Part shown: in pieces, positions 48,058 through 61,245 of the stretch | Position numbering within the stretch: the stretch's first letter is position 1 | Layout of the letters: each line of letters starts with the position of its first letter | Assembly: GCA_963920595.1 (NCBI GenBank) | Contig: OY986950.1 | Location: forward strand, 2,170,001 to 2,234,000 | Reading direction: 5' to 3' | DNA: 64,000 nt | Origin: Eimeria praecox | Lineage: Eukaryota | Translations under genes and position numbers: made by a program | Notes under the pieces: model-generated | What the model was told of the DNA's origin: nothing | What the model saw: only the letters and a program-made list of their open reading frames with translations | Databases searched by the model: none

Positions 48058-51000
48058 GAACAGTACTTACAAACAGCACCTGAAGTGCTTAGACTCCCTG
48101 GCAATGGTGTGCTTGTTGCGCCGTTATACAGCTCCTACTGCACGCACATGCAAAAAGAAAACCTAGGAATCCATGGAACATCGTTGCTGTCAACTTAGTC
48201 TTCTGGTAAAACCCTCCTATTTAGCACGTCGGTGTTTGCATCCCCTGGTGGTTACGATTACTTCTGCCCCTTGATCCGACCACCAAAGTGGCGGACCGAG
48301 CTACTATGGTTAAGACATAAACGTAAGCGTGGCTGGGATGAAGCTTTCCAACTCCTCCACAAAGCTCACCAGAAAGCTACAGCAGCCTGTGGAGCTGCCC
48401 TGAATGACGGTGGTTTCCTCCTGCCGATGCAAGGCGTGCACCCACCACTGGCAGCCCCAGGAGGTCCCCTCAATGCCCCCTCTAAGACCCGACAACAGAA
48501 CAGCTGAACTTTAAGATGAGAGGCCACCGGGCAGCCAATACCGCTCAACTGCCCGGCCGCCGAAAAAAATCGGACGCCGGCGTCCGGCGACGCTCAAACT
48601 GATGACCCCTCTGCAAGATGCGTCGCTCCAAGCTGTGCAGGCTCAACGCGAACAGCAGCCAGAAGCTGCCGCGGATGATCGATACTATTGACGCTGTCGC
48701 CCAACAGGTGCACCGCGTCAGGGGGATGAGCGCCGTGGACGTGGCGCGGGCTTTGAAGGAAAAGACGCAGCAAAAACTCGCCGGGAAGCAAAGAGTTGAG
48801 CCCCCTTTAATGCATGCAACGCTCGACAAGCACAGAAGAACACGAACTCGTTTGTTCCTGCGGATACCGGCCAGTTGGGTTCCAACTTTTTTGCAGTCCC
48901 CAGGCTCCCGTGACAGCGGCTCGAGTGAGTTGAGTTCGCCCACACTCTCTGCCGCTTCCAAGACGTATGGCTGCGACACCCAACAGGATGCCGGACCATA
49001 CATGCAAGGTGCCTTTGGGAGCAACCCCGCTGCAGCTCCTGCAGCTGCTAAGCAACCGCAGCACTTGGTGGGCTCCCAAGGGATCGGCTCGGCTGCTGCT
49101 GCTGCTCCCTGTGCGGCAGGAAAGACGCTAAATGGCACAACAATGAACTGCGAGGAAGCTGAAGCGATTAGGTAGCCGAGACATACAGTGTGGTGGCTAC
49201 TGCGACCATGGCGGCAGCAGCGGCGGCAGCAGCTGGCGCAGAAGCCAGCACTTTGCTCTGGCGGCAATGATCCTCCGAAAGGGAGAAACGTACGCTCGGA
49301 TGCACATATTTTCCGGCAATGAACTATGGTTAAGACGAGCAGAGGTTAACCGGTTGCTGAGGGCCGAGCAGCAGACGCACGCTGCAGCTGCCCCAGGAGC
49401 AGCATTTGCAGCACCGCCCTCGCCTGTTGCATACTACAGCCTCACCTTCACCAGCCGCAACAGGGATTCCCTGAGCGCAGTCGCCTACAACAAGCAAATA
49501 CTAGGAAATGTAGATTCAGGTTACGCTGAATCTGTTTCGTTTTGACTAATTCCCTCGCCGGAAGGAAGTAGCACACAGCCAGTTGCGTATAGCAGTATGC
49601 GGGACGCTGCACCGATGCAACATATTGTTTTTCCGCCTATTAGTAAAAATTATGCATTATGCACTTACCTATCAGAGCTGCTGATACATCCGGCACACTG
49701 GAATGCCGTGGGTGCAAGTGCAACTTGCCAGCACCCAGCGCTGTTCGTCTCGTGCGTTGCTGTTCTTTACTTGGTGACCGATAAGTCGCATGCAGTGGGA
49801 ATTTTCTTCTGTTGGTGCGGAACCTCTATACGCCTAGCATCTATAGCGCAGCCTTCAAAGCTAGCAAGATCCTGACGTGACGTCCAACTAAGTTGTTCTG
49901 CGTGGCATGTGAATACCGGCAAAGATGAGGATGTCTCTTTGGCTTCCATTAAGATGCATGGTGGTTCTGTATGGTGTCTAGGGTAGCATTCCCCGTTTCT
50001 GAGTTTAACCCCAGGCAGGCAAGAAAGGCTCTGGATAAGTCAGCTGAAATGGCTACTGTATGGGGAGTCCTCAGGTCCCTATCGTCATGGGACGCAATAC
50101 AGGTCAAATAAATTGTGCCATAAGTTGCATAGAGGCCCTTTATCTCCCTTCCCAGATCTAGGCACCCAGAACACAGCGTTTAGGGTCCGAAGCTGGATGG
50201 TAGAGTCGTCAGGTTCTGTCTGTGGGCATGTTAGGTGGGTACTTGCTACTGCGGCTAGCTACTGCAGCTTCTGCAAGAAAGCATCCTCGCATGCAAGCTA
50301 CAAGTACCCAGATAAGGGCAGCCTCTTCATATCGTTTTCATCCCCAGGACTCTGCTGGATTGTATCTCTTGCATGCTTCACATAGGCGGCTTGTGTATGG
50401 AAACATGTGTGGCTGCCTTGCTGTAGCTAACGCTGATGAAAGTACCCAACTACGCAGAGCCGCCTCCTCTCCCCACCAGCTTCAACAATCTGTACGGTTG
50501 TGCTTAGAATCCTTACAGACTGAAGGAGAGACCTGCTGCATTTCTGGAAATGAATACATTAAGTATGTTGTTTTCATGGCGGCTCTCGGCGGCCCTAGGC
50601 TAAGACCCGGGAGAGATGTAGTAAAATCACCACAATTATAGATTTTTGTTACTGTAGCGTGGTCTGGATGATGCTTACACTCGTATCTTCACTTGCTCGC
50701 CGGATGACTATGAAGGGCTCAACCGGTGTATGACGACTGTCTACATTATTGCCTAAAAGGTTAGCGCACCCGGTAAAAGGGCTGATTATGGATGCATGCG
50801 GGGCTGCCTTGTACAAGTGGTTGCGGCATGGTTCGTTGCAGCAAGTGACAAGCTGGCCCTTGTGGCCACCAGTGTGGGCTCTTGGGCCGTTTTGCGCACG
50901 AGAACTGGGTGCGGGAGGGAAGGTCATCTGCTTTTTGCAGACGTTTCCCCGCAAGCCTTTCACTTGACTGTGGCTAGCTACGGTCTTCGAATAAGGGCGA

Positions 51001-51849
51001 GAAGTCTACAATTAGAGGTGCAGGTAGAGCAATCAACTGCACCCATTTTCACCTCGAACCCCCTGTGGACATAAGTCCTCAGACACACACAGTCTGCCTT
51101 TGGCGTACCCCGTATACTACTGAAGAATTGTTTACTGCGTTTCTGCTTCTACGAGTTAAGATGGAGACGAATATCGATGCTTTCATCAGCTTGTGACTGA
51201 GCCTCCTATGGCCGCCTCGCTTCCCCAAGCAAAGGTATATACATGCAGCGCGGCCCGATACCTGCAGACGCCCAAACCACAGTTAAAATCAAAACCACCC
51301 AACCACCAACAGCGGCCAACACCTGATACAGGCACTGAGGAAAAGTGCATGGGGTTGAGCTATTCCCATGCAAGGGCGTTGGTCGCTGGGCAGCTGAAGC
51401 TGCCTCAGGAACATGCACAGGTTGGCAGGCACGTTTTACTGGGGGCATCCCAGCCTAAAAAGAAATAGAAGGTGGGCTCGCGCCAGTCTGCAGCCTCATA
51501 GCTCACCTATCGCGAGCCCAAAAGATGCCGAAAGTGGTGTCGGTGTGAATAACTTAAACGAAAGCCAAAGCACTGGCCAGAGACCCGACAACAGAAGTCG
51601 CTAGCCAACGCACGACAAGCGTGCTTTGGGTCTTCGCCGCTCTTCTCGCCTCACAAGACTTCCAAATCCACTCAGGCTAGATTATCTGAGCAGAAACGAA
51701 CTGATACAGAACATTTGTCAACTTCGTTTGGAGGTATTCAGGTGCGAAATGATGGTGGTGGATAGCAAGAGCCACGCCATCAACTGGGTCAGCCAACGAT
51801 GTTATGCTGGCTACCGGAGGGCATGCGCCCTTGTAGTACAAACCGTCTC

Positions 51850-54800
51850 CACATAAAAAAGGCCGCAAAGCTGCTTTAGCGGGTCCTTTTAAGTGTTCAG
51901 GCTCAGGGAGTATACCAGCGTGTTATTTCCTTTCTTCGTTAGAGCGTCGGCCTTTGGATAGTTCGGGGCGATCACATTGTGTCTGATGTGAAGCTGATTC
52001 ATGGGTTGGCGGAAGAATACAGTAGTCAGCTTTGGATCCCTGTAGCCAACGCGGAGCTGTAGGATCCTGAGAGGTTCCAGAAGAAGGCAATGGATAATTT
52101 TTTCAAATCGTCCGTTGGAACAGCACTTTAGAAAGGTATTAACTGAGCGTGCTAGTACTATCCCAAAAAAAGGCAAACCTATTGGAATCTCTTATTGACG
52201 GTAGAGCCACTGTGAATTTCATCCCAGTCAGACCATTTTGCAGAGGTCCGAGCTTGAAATTCCTTCGCCTTAGCTGCTGACATTCCGGAAAAGTGAGGGC
52301 ATATTCCGCCACTAAGGCGCATAGCCTAAGGGGCTGGCTTTAAATGGTTGTTTTTCAAGTATTGTCCCAGCCATGTCAAGTTGCTGCAGGAGCCCACACT
52401 TTGAGCAAAGCGTACGCGCGACGCCAGAATGTGACGTTGAATCGGAGGTGCATACCGGCGTATTCCGCGCTTCTCTTGTTACCACAAAAAATCGCCGCCT
52501 ATGGTGTTGCGAATGGCGCGTTGACGTTGGCTGGGAGGGCTGCTGTGCGAGTATCTACGGAGTAGAAGAAAAGCAATTTGGAAAGGAAAGAGAGATGAGC
52601 CACACACAGCAGTTGCCGAGCACCCTCCTACCTGGCCGGTAGAATGCCGGAAGAGTGAGTCAGTGGGCATCTTGGTGATAGCCATGGTAAGCTTCGCTAT
52701 GAAGCCATACTTTAGGAGCCATCGAGCTCACCGGACAATTTTACTCCTTTCTGCAGTTGTCGAAAGCTCTTCCTCATGCCTGGCGATTCTTCGTTATTTG
52801 TCAGACCGGCGAAGTACAAGCAGCACATGTAATGTCAGCGCTTCTTCACACCCGTCTACCTCAGGCAGGGACTTACGAGATCAGGGAGCTCGAAGGCTGC
52901 AGATGGTGCCAGGTGACCAATAACACTTTTCCCAGGCTCCGTCTCGCATACATGCCCAAATTTGACCTTCTTCAAGTTGATTAAATACCTTAAGGGAACT
53001 GCGTTGTAAGGGAACCTCAGGGGGATCCTGCGGAAGTCACCGAGAGGCCAAGGAACTTCTAAACATCTGTACGAGCGTCCAAGAGTAGCATCGGCATCCC
53101 AGTAGCTTCAGCATGGCTTAACTCTGTCCTGTATCTCCTGTGGTGCTGCGTGTGTTCGTGGATATTGCAGATGGAGAGGATCAGGGCTACTGTCTACGTA
53201 GTTATCAGTATCCCGTCGATGATGTCCAATAAATCGCGATTATGTGTTTCGGGAGGTGCGTCCTCGAGCCCCGCCATCACGCAGATGCTCTTGAGTTTGC
53301 TAGTGCTGAAGTGGCAATCAAGTTGCTGCAGGCTACGAGATTTATCGAGGATTACAAAACGTGTCAGCGAAGTCAAATAAATAGACTGCTTGTTAGAAAG
53401 CCCTCAACTACAGGTAATTGGGGGGATCCTTGTAAATCTGAGGACCCTCAGAGACTAAGCCCCGCAATTACCAGCTACTATGCAAAATGCAACAGGTAGC
53501 TCTCTAAGCCCTATGCAACGTCCTCTCCATAACTTGAGCCTACCATGGCAACCCAACCGCGGAAATACTTCCGCAAGGTTCTTAAACCTTCTCGCCCGAT
53601 GGGGTATCAAAAGACTGGAAATGGAGAAGGAACGATGGAATGTAGTGGAGTATGCAGCTAATGAGGGAGCCCTCAGCCCTTCTCCCGCCTTTGCTCTACA
53701 GTGCATTATAATTACTTTAAAAGTTCAAGGAACCAGCATGTCCATTTAAACTGGACAGGCATCTTGCTGTTTCCACGTAGGAAGCCTCCGAAGGGCACCT
53801 CCCTACGTTTCCAGTGCAGATTTTCTTAGACGCGTCCCGCATCTCCCAACCGAAACCTACAATAAAAAACTTTAAAAGGTATGGTATGCTCACTTTAGCT
53901 AGGACGAGTCGTTAATCTGTGAAGTTGGTTTAGGGCCCTAAAAAGGTAACTGACTTCCCTTTCTGACTCGAGGCGTCCTGGGCATGGCAGCGTTGGGTTT
54001 TGGGTCTGGTGCGGAGAGGAGCCCGCCACTCATGCGTTGCAACGCATCTTGCTGCTGCTGGGAGACTGCCCAACGTGCAAGCAGAAACACGTCCCTTTTT
54101 GCTCTATGCGTATGCACACACAGTCCCCCTACAGTGGAAAGCATTGCAGACTGCAGAGTAGATAGTCTTTAGGTACTTACTTGGCATTTAGTAGGCATCC
54201 TGCAAGCCAGTACTGGCGCGTACCAACTTCGAACAAATCATGCTACACCAGCATACAGTAGACAGCCCTGCAATGAGCTATTGACGCAGAAACGTCAAGT
54301 CCACTGTGAGTCCTCTGTTCATCAAGGAATGGTACTTTTCGACGTAGGACTATTTCGATTGTCTTCCTTCCTTGCACACCGTTATCTACTTGACCTTCCT
54401 CCCACCCGACCTGTAGAAGAACTTGCATCCCCATCCACGCGGAAAACCCGCATTAGTAAGGCTGTGATTTCAAAAAGGCGGCATCGCTACTTAAGCAACG
54501 CTATCATTATCGTGCTGCCGCCTTTGCTAAAGCAGATGCCAGTACCAACTGTAGCTATTGGGCTGTTCTTTGAAGATTACAACGTACCTGTACAGAGCCC
54601 AGAAACTCTTGCACGATTTTTCCCCCCTCTTGACTAAGGACAATTCCAGAATTGCGCATCCTGTGCTGCTATTGCAATTGAGTAAGCTGTTTCAGCCCGG
54701 ATGGATTTGCAAAGCGCTAATTCTAGCGGGAAGGCTTCCCCAACCATTGGCAGCCTAACATGCGCAGACCACGGGGGCGTTTCAGGCGGGAATCCACGCG

Positions 54801-55200
54801 GTGGGACCCAGGCGTTGTCTTGCTTTAAGGAACAGTTCTTGGTATTGGGCCTATGAAGGTACTCAGGCCTGCAAATCCTCAGGCCAAATCAGCCTCAGAA
54901 AGAAGAGCTTGAGCTGTACCAATTATACTATAATAAAATTAAAGGCTCAAAGCGGGTCTCCATATGTTCTAGGCCAATCTTTGGCACATCCATGCAGAGG
55001 GCTTCAAGGCCATTTCCGTGCGGTATGAAGCTCCCGCATGGTGCACCTTCATGCGTAGGAGGTTCATCTGCAGTGGTTAGATACGTGATACCAAATGTAT
55101 CAGAAAATAACGGAAATGGAAGGAGTTTCTATTCCGAAGTCAGGCAGAATAAAAGCTCATCATGCAGGGCACCTGGAGCCCGGTGCATTCGGCTCAAGCA
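51850..55200 (-). mobile_element. Heavily decayed Ty3/gypsy-type retrotransposon pol remnant
   Basis: Integrase-core-like RDPKLTTVFFRQPMNQLHIRHNVIAPNYPKADALTKKGNNTLVYSL (~52050-51900), compare DRDPxFTSxFW..HPQTDGQTERxNxTL. Weaker protease-like (FILPDFGIETPSIS, ~55140), RT-like (~54700-54000) and RNase H-like (LPVAF, ~53490) traces follow in gypsy order, with many stops and frameshifts. Confidence 0.55.
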
Positions 55201-56173
55201 TTGCCATTCCCAGCCCCTTGCATGAGGGGCAGGTAGTGAGTTTGCCACAGGTGTAGGAAATGTGATGGTAGTTAGCTACCCGGAGGCTTAGCGCCCTGTG
55301 AGGTGCGCGGAAGTAGAATGGTGTGCCTCCATTGGGGCGGGCTCCCCACACACTTTTAAGGCCTGTTTAAGTGTACAGTAGACTTGCAGCCGTCTACAAT
55401 CGTTGCAAATGATTACAAGTGTGAACCTGTTCTTAGGCAGCCACAGAGGGCCAGCTGCCACTGTCTCACAGTAGCTCGCCTTGACGTTCCACCTCGCCGG
55501 GCCCAATCCATCGTCGCTTTTCACTTCCTAGGCCATCCAACTGCTGCGAACTCTCCCTCCCGGTCTCTTCTAAAGCATTACCCACTGCCATGCCTCGTTT
55601 AAAAGCTATGTGCGGCCCGCTGCTTTAGGCGAGATTTTGGCAGTTGTCAAGACCTCCGATCCCCCGGTTTCCATGATGTTGGCTCACCAGGTGTGGCAGA
55701 ATCACCCATCCCTGTCTCCTCCGTAGCCTCGCCACCACCCTCTTAGCCCAGACCCATTATTAAATTCTGCTGAGGGGGATGAGACCAATGGCTAGGCCTC
55801 GATTATGTGTTCTGCAGGTGTGCCTGGCACGCACACAAAGGGGCGCCAACCCCGAAGCTCGGTGACCTTGCTGAAAGCTATCTCTATGGCATGTCAAAAT
55901 GCGTATTTTGAATATAGCCAGGTGGATGTCGGCTGCTAGAAGTGCGAAAGCAAAATGCTTAATCGTATTCGCTGTGGATAATTTGAAGGGGAATGAATAA
56001 AGGTACAGGGGCGTCTGTTTTTGTTGTAAGACTGAGCAAAAGCATGTGATCCACAACGCCTTTACATGCCCACATGCCGGTCCCTCATGAAACTGACAGA
56101 AGCCTGAGACCCTGAGGTACCCTCCTTTTGACTTTAAAAGCGGGGATCCCCAAGGTTTTGAACCAGCGTTTCG

Positions 56174-56268
56174 ATCAAGCCTAGGACTATATGCGTCGCC
56201 TCTATCTTGGAGCCTAGTTAATAACTAGGCTCCAAGATAGAGGCGACGCACATAGTCTTAAGCTTGAT
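56174..56268. repeat. Near-perfect 95-nt palindrome (47-bp arms, 1-nt centre, 3 mismatches)
   Basis: atcaagcctaggactatatgcgtcgcctctatcttggagcctagtta-a-taactaggctccaagatagaggcgacgcacatagtcttaagcttgat. Confidence 0.97.
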
Positions 56269-56471
56269 TATTCATGAATCTGCATACCCTAGAAGAAGCA
56301 TCACCCACGGCTGGTGTCCAGCTACTTTCTGTGTCGGCATTGAAAACCTGTTGCATGGCGTATGGCGTGAAAATGCAAGGCACAGATATTGCGGAAATGT
56401 TACAGACAAGTAGGAGAAGTGGCCCTAAAGAGGCCTTTGAAAATGAATGCATGCAAAAATGACTAACCCCC

Positions 56472-59400
56472 CTACTGGATAAAACCTGAAGGCGCACCCT
56501 GCGCTGTTTGGCATGGCTCCATTGAATTGCTTTCTTCCTCCACCTCATTGCGTGGATCATCAGCTTGTACTTCTGCGCCAGACGTGACTTCAAGCAGCTC
56601 AGCATCTCCATCCCTGTGGATGCTGCCAACAGCCGGCGGTGTTTCAACCTTTTCCACAGGGGCAGCAAAAGCATTCTGCATGAAGAAAGATTCGGCTTGC
56701 CCTCCGCCGTCAACCCCTGTTCGAGTCTCGCTCCCCGGTTCTTCTTCTTCTATTTGGTCCCTGTATTCTTGAATCATTTGCTTGTATTCAAGCATCTGCT
56801 GGCGCGCTGCAATTAGGTCTCTCTGTCGCTGTATATTAAGTACCTCTCGATACGCAGACATGGACGTGCCCCAGCGCCTCCAACTTTCAAGGATTGCTAG
56901 CAGCAGAAGGACGCATGCCACCGCTGCCACCAAGAAAATTCCGCCTATCGGTCTCATTAGGTTGTTTTCTTCTGTTGAATCATCTTTTCCTGATGATGGC
57001 TGGTCCGGTGGCACAGGAAAGCTAACAACGCTTACCTCACAGCCTTCGCCGCTAACGCAACTACGCGTTTCGAAAATGCTAGATGGGCAGGCTTTCCCTC
57101 TTGCAGAGGCTGCTCGGAGTATGTGCCAAACACGCATCTGCCGACATCCGATGCACTCCGACCAACGGGAGGGAGATGGATAGCAATCTTCATCTCTCAG
57201 AAGGCTTATGCCGAAAACCGAGTTGCAGAATCCATCTGCAGCCAACACGAAAGCTCGAGGAGGAAGCAACAACTACAAAACATCAACTTTGAAGTGCCAG
57301 TACAGTGCCACCGAGTTCGTTGCTACAGTAGCCAAAGCAATAGGATTCCCTGTTGCATGGGCAGTGCACTACATGGCGAACAGGCGGTAAGTGAATTAAA
57401 ATTACATTAGCTGGTGTTTGTGATATAGTGGTCTAAGCCTTTCTTAGACTAAATAGCAGACAAATATATGCAAGGTATTTCGACAAGAAGGGTTTCGCAC
57501 ACCCGCGCAAGGTTCATGCTGGAAGAATTGACAGGGAACCCCCCCTTCCTTCTCCGTTTGATAGACTTGCATAAACCTGCAGCACCTCCAATAACAGCGG
57601 GTACTCCGTAACTTCGTGAAAATTTTATTCTCTGGGCATTCAGTCATCAGATTTTTATGAGGTTCAGCAGAAGAACGCTGATACTAACTCTGACAAGTCA
57701 GCACTGAATGAAATGTGCGTATCTAGCGTGCAGACGCATAAGCCGAAGCATATGCCTTGCTCAACGTGGAAGCAGTCGTCCCACGTGCCTTTTTCGTCGA
57801 CAATCAGCTTGGCATGCTGTCCACTCGCTCCATGCTCCTTGGCAGTCTAGGCTGGAGTGAGAGTTAAGCCTTTTCACGAACGGAATGTTGCATGTAGCAG
57901 GGCCCAGAAATCCTCCCGTTGGGCAGGTTTCCAAAGGCATGCCGAACACTTGGACCTCCCCAATCCTGAAAGTCCTCGCTGCTTTAATTGTAATTGTCTT
58001 AGCGCGGTATAGTCGCAAGTCCATCGCCTCCCACACACTTTGTGCAGCGGGGGAGGGTGGTACGCTCGTTTCCCATTTGTGGATATTTTCTCCACTGTCA
58101 TCTACAACGGCTATTGAAAACTCAAACGAACCCACTTGAGCTGTTGTTGAGCTAGACTGCCCAGTTGCAGAAGCGAATGCTATGCGCAAATGCCATACAT
58201 CCACAGCAGTCTTCAGCTCGATAGTAGCTGAGGCCTCCCCGTCCACCCCCGCATGGACTTCAGTTGAGGTATCAAACAAAGTGTCTTGCCATACTTCCAG
58301 CTCTGTTGGCATGCCAGGGCTGCCCAAATCTCCACTAGATCTTATAAGCAGTCGATCAGACTTGTATCCAGCATAATTCGATGCGGATGACCCCAGGATT
58401 ACTCTTGGTTCAAAGACCTTTTTAACTGCGCCAGCAGCTGCACTTGCCGACGCCTGTGAAGCCTCATTCGATTGTTTATTAACTGAGATGCTCCCAATCT
58501 CAACACGGCTGCAAGGAGATTCGAGGCAGTGTCTCGCCAGTTCAGTTCCCGCTTGGAATGCACACGCGGTTCCCCCATGGGCAGCAACTTTCACTTGATA
58601 AGCGTGCAGAGAGACACAAAACTCAGAGCAAGTAGCCGAGGACAACGGAGGGGACCACCTGAGCCACAACAACACTGAGAGCGATTCACTTTGTTTAGAA
58701 ACGTTGTAACTCAGTTTTTGCAGTTATTCTATGTAGGTGGAAATATGCAGCAGTCCAGAAGACGAGATTGAGGGACGCTTTGCACGGACTCTCCCAGGCA
58801 ATCGCCTTCTGTGTAGAACCCGGTTGCTCTTTGTACAGAGGCTATTCTTCCAGGAAGGTCCGCAGGAACGTAGTAAAAGCTCTCGTCAGCAGAAAACCTT
58901 TTTGTGGTCAGCATACTTATCCAAAGGACTGAATCTGGCCCCTTTTGTAAAGATGTCACAGTCCGCGTAGGAAGCAAAGAACCATGCAAAACACGCCGAA
59001 TCTCTACTTGAGACTCCTCCCTAAGCGATCCATCCCTGAGTCGCTCTTCAATATGTAGGATGTGGTTTACTGTATCATGATGCAGTAGCAACACGGAAGC
59101 GCTACCCGCAGCAGAGCAGTGGAATGAACGGTAAGCATCTGCATTGAAAACCCGCAGTGTCATTTCATTGTATGAACGGGTGCCAGATATCGGTACTTGC
59201 ATGTATAGCAGCTGCCCTGGTCTCGAAGAAGAAAACCCCGGAAAGGGCTTATCATCCCACCATGGAAGCAAAGTAGTCTCCCAAGAAGCATCAGAGGTAC
59301 GTGCATAGGGCCATGAGCGCTTTCGTTGTTTGGAAATGGCTACTGGCTCCTCGAGAGCAAGGAACACGGCCCATTGGTCATAAAAAATTGGAGCAACACA

Positions 59401-60834
59401 AAAGCCCTTAATTGCTGCGGGAGAGACAAATTTATCCGATGGCAGTTTGAATCCACCTCCCGCAACAAATCTTATAGCGCTATCTAAAGGATTGCTGAAG
59501 AAATATGTCACGTCGTTGGCCGTTGGATGCTCAGCGAAAATGGCATCGGGAATCTTTGTATTCGCAACCTCAGGGTTTTTGAGACTTGAAATAAATGATG
59601 CCCCCTTATTTTCCTGTGCATTTGACAACGAATCATAGTAAAACAGCACCTGTTGAAGCTTCTTCCTGGTCTCGTCGGCAACTGTATACTCAGCACCCCG
59701 CACGATATAGTAGCTTCTCACTGCCTCTGGTGGGTAAAAATTCTCGTGATAGGCACCAGAGCGTGAGAGCCAAAGGTTGTTTGGATACTGCACGGAGACC
59801 TGAGTCATTCTACCGAACTCCCTAATTTGCAAAGTGTTGCTGAGAGAACCGATGGCAAAGTGCTTGTGCACGCGACTGCCGTCTTTTCCCGGTCCAAGAA
59901 ACACAAATGAGTCTCCATATGTGTGTGGAGTAAGGTTTGGGCAGTCCTGCGAAAGCTGGTTTTCTTCAATTGAAGTGAAGTATTCAAGAGGCACTCCATC
60001 TTCCCCGCCATTGTGGAGGCATAGAGGACATTCATGGCTGAGGGTTACAGATGGGGAGCCAACAACCTGCTCGAAACTTGACAGTATCTCGGGAGCCCGC
60101 ACATCGTAGAAGACGATTTCGCATGGCAGATTCGAGTTGGCGATGCAGCACTTAAGATAAACGCACGCGGAAGGTAGCATACGAGTAAAAGCAACAAAAT
60201 AGGCTATATAACCTTGCTCGTCTATTCTGTATCCAAAAAATCGAGGCTCCTGCCGATCGCCTGCAGTCAAGGTTAATTCCGATCCTTCTTGCTCGCCGTC
60301 ACTGCGAAGCTCTATCCTCCTTGCAACACACATTTTCTGTCGTCGCTTTAGCAGAAGAGGAGTTTCATCAGGCTTGGCAGTGACAAATCTGTTGCCTTCA
60401 AATCTCCAGCCACGCAGTGTCGCGTCAGTGTACGGGCAGTGATGGTACACTACGTGAATGGAGCCAGAATCCGTTGCATCAATTAGTAGTGGTTCGGAGT
60501 AAGGCTCTCCCGAATCCATATACATGCCATAAGGTTCGTAAGAAACTCCATAGTCGCTTGCTAAACTGTGGTTGCCAGCAAAAACAACCTCGAGAAGTTC
60601 TACTTTGGGCAGTGCAGCAACGGGCAGAACAAAGCCTGTTGAGAGGAATGCAAATGCACTAGCGCGATGATAGACTTCTTCAGATGAATCAGCATGCATG
60701 CGACTTATTAGGAGTTCATTCTGGGGAAACAAAACCATACAGGCAAGAAAAGCAATGAGTGCCTGCGTGATCCAAGTCAGTGTTTGTTCAACCACCCTAC
60801 CCCAAAATGCGCTTTGCAGCCGATATGCCGGCAT
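56472..60834 (-). CDS. Large type I membrane protein with two thrombospondin type-1 repeats (microneme/adhesin-like)
   Basis: ATG at 60834 (MPAYRLQ...LTWITQALIAFLACMVLF, signal-like) and a long ectodomain (58729-60834, 57761-58675). TSP1 motifs CQGAWSEWTACQADCRRKR and CYPSPSRWSECIGCRQMR..GKACP..ETRSC. TM IGGIFLVAAVACVLLLLAIL, then an acidic cytoplasmic tail ending at 56472. Confidence 0.8.
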
Positions 60835-61245
60835 CTTAGATGATTGAAATAAGACTGAGCTGCCCAAAACTATACCTTTGCTCGTTGCACTTGCACTGGT
60901 CACCGAGACAAAGGACCCACGCAGCCAAAAAAAATAAAAATGTTCGGCGAAGGCTGTCCAGCTATTGCTAAGAGGAATTTCCCAAAACAAAGTATCCTCA
61001 GGCTTTCAGTGTTCCATTTGAAAGCAGATACAGCAACTCAGCAAGAGGGGCTGCGTGGTCCATCCATGTAGGGATAGGCTTGCAAGAATTGGATTGCATA
61101 TTGGGCTTCTCCCGGCAGCCTAGGCCTTTCCTCAGAAGTAAAGCTTCTTACAATCTGTTCAGTTGCATTTTTGGCTATCATGATGGATAAAACGTTTGCG
61201 GAGAAGCTTTCCAAACCAGCGGTTTGTCGTAGCCTTTCTGAAAAC

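Noticed and set aside
48545..49267. 185-aa (+) and 240-aa (-) ORFs upstream of CK1
   Set aside because: No recognisable domain; GC-rich sequence consistent with a CK1 leader or promoter, where chance ORFs are common.
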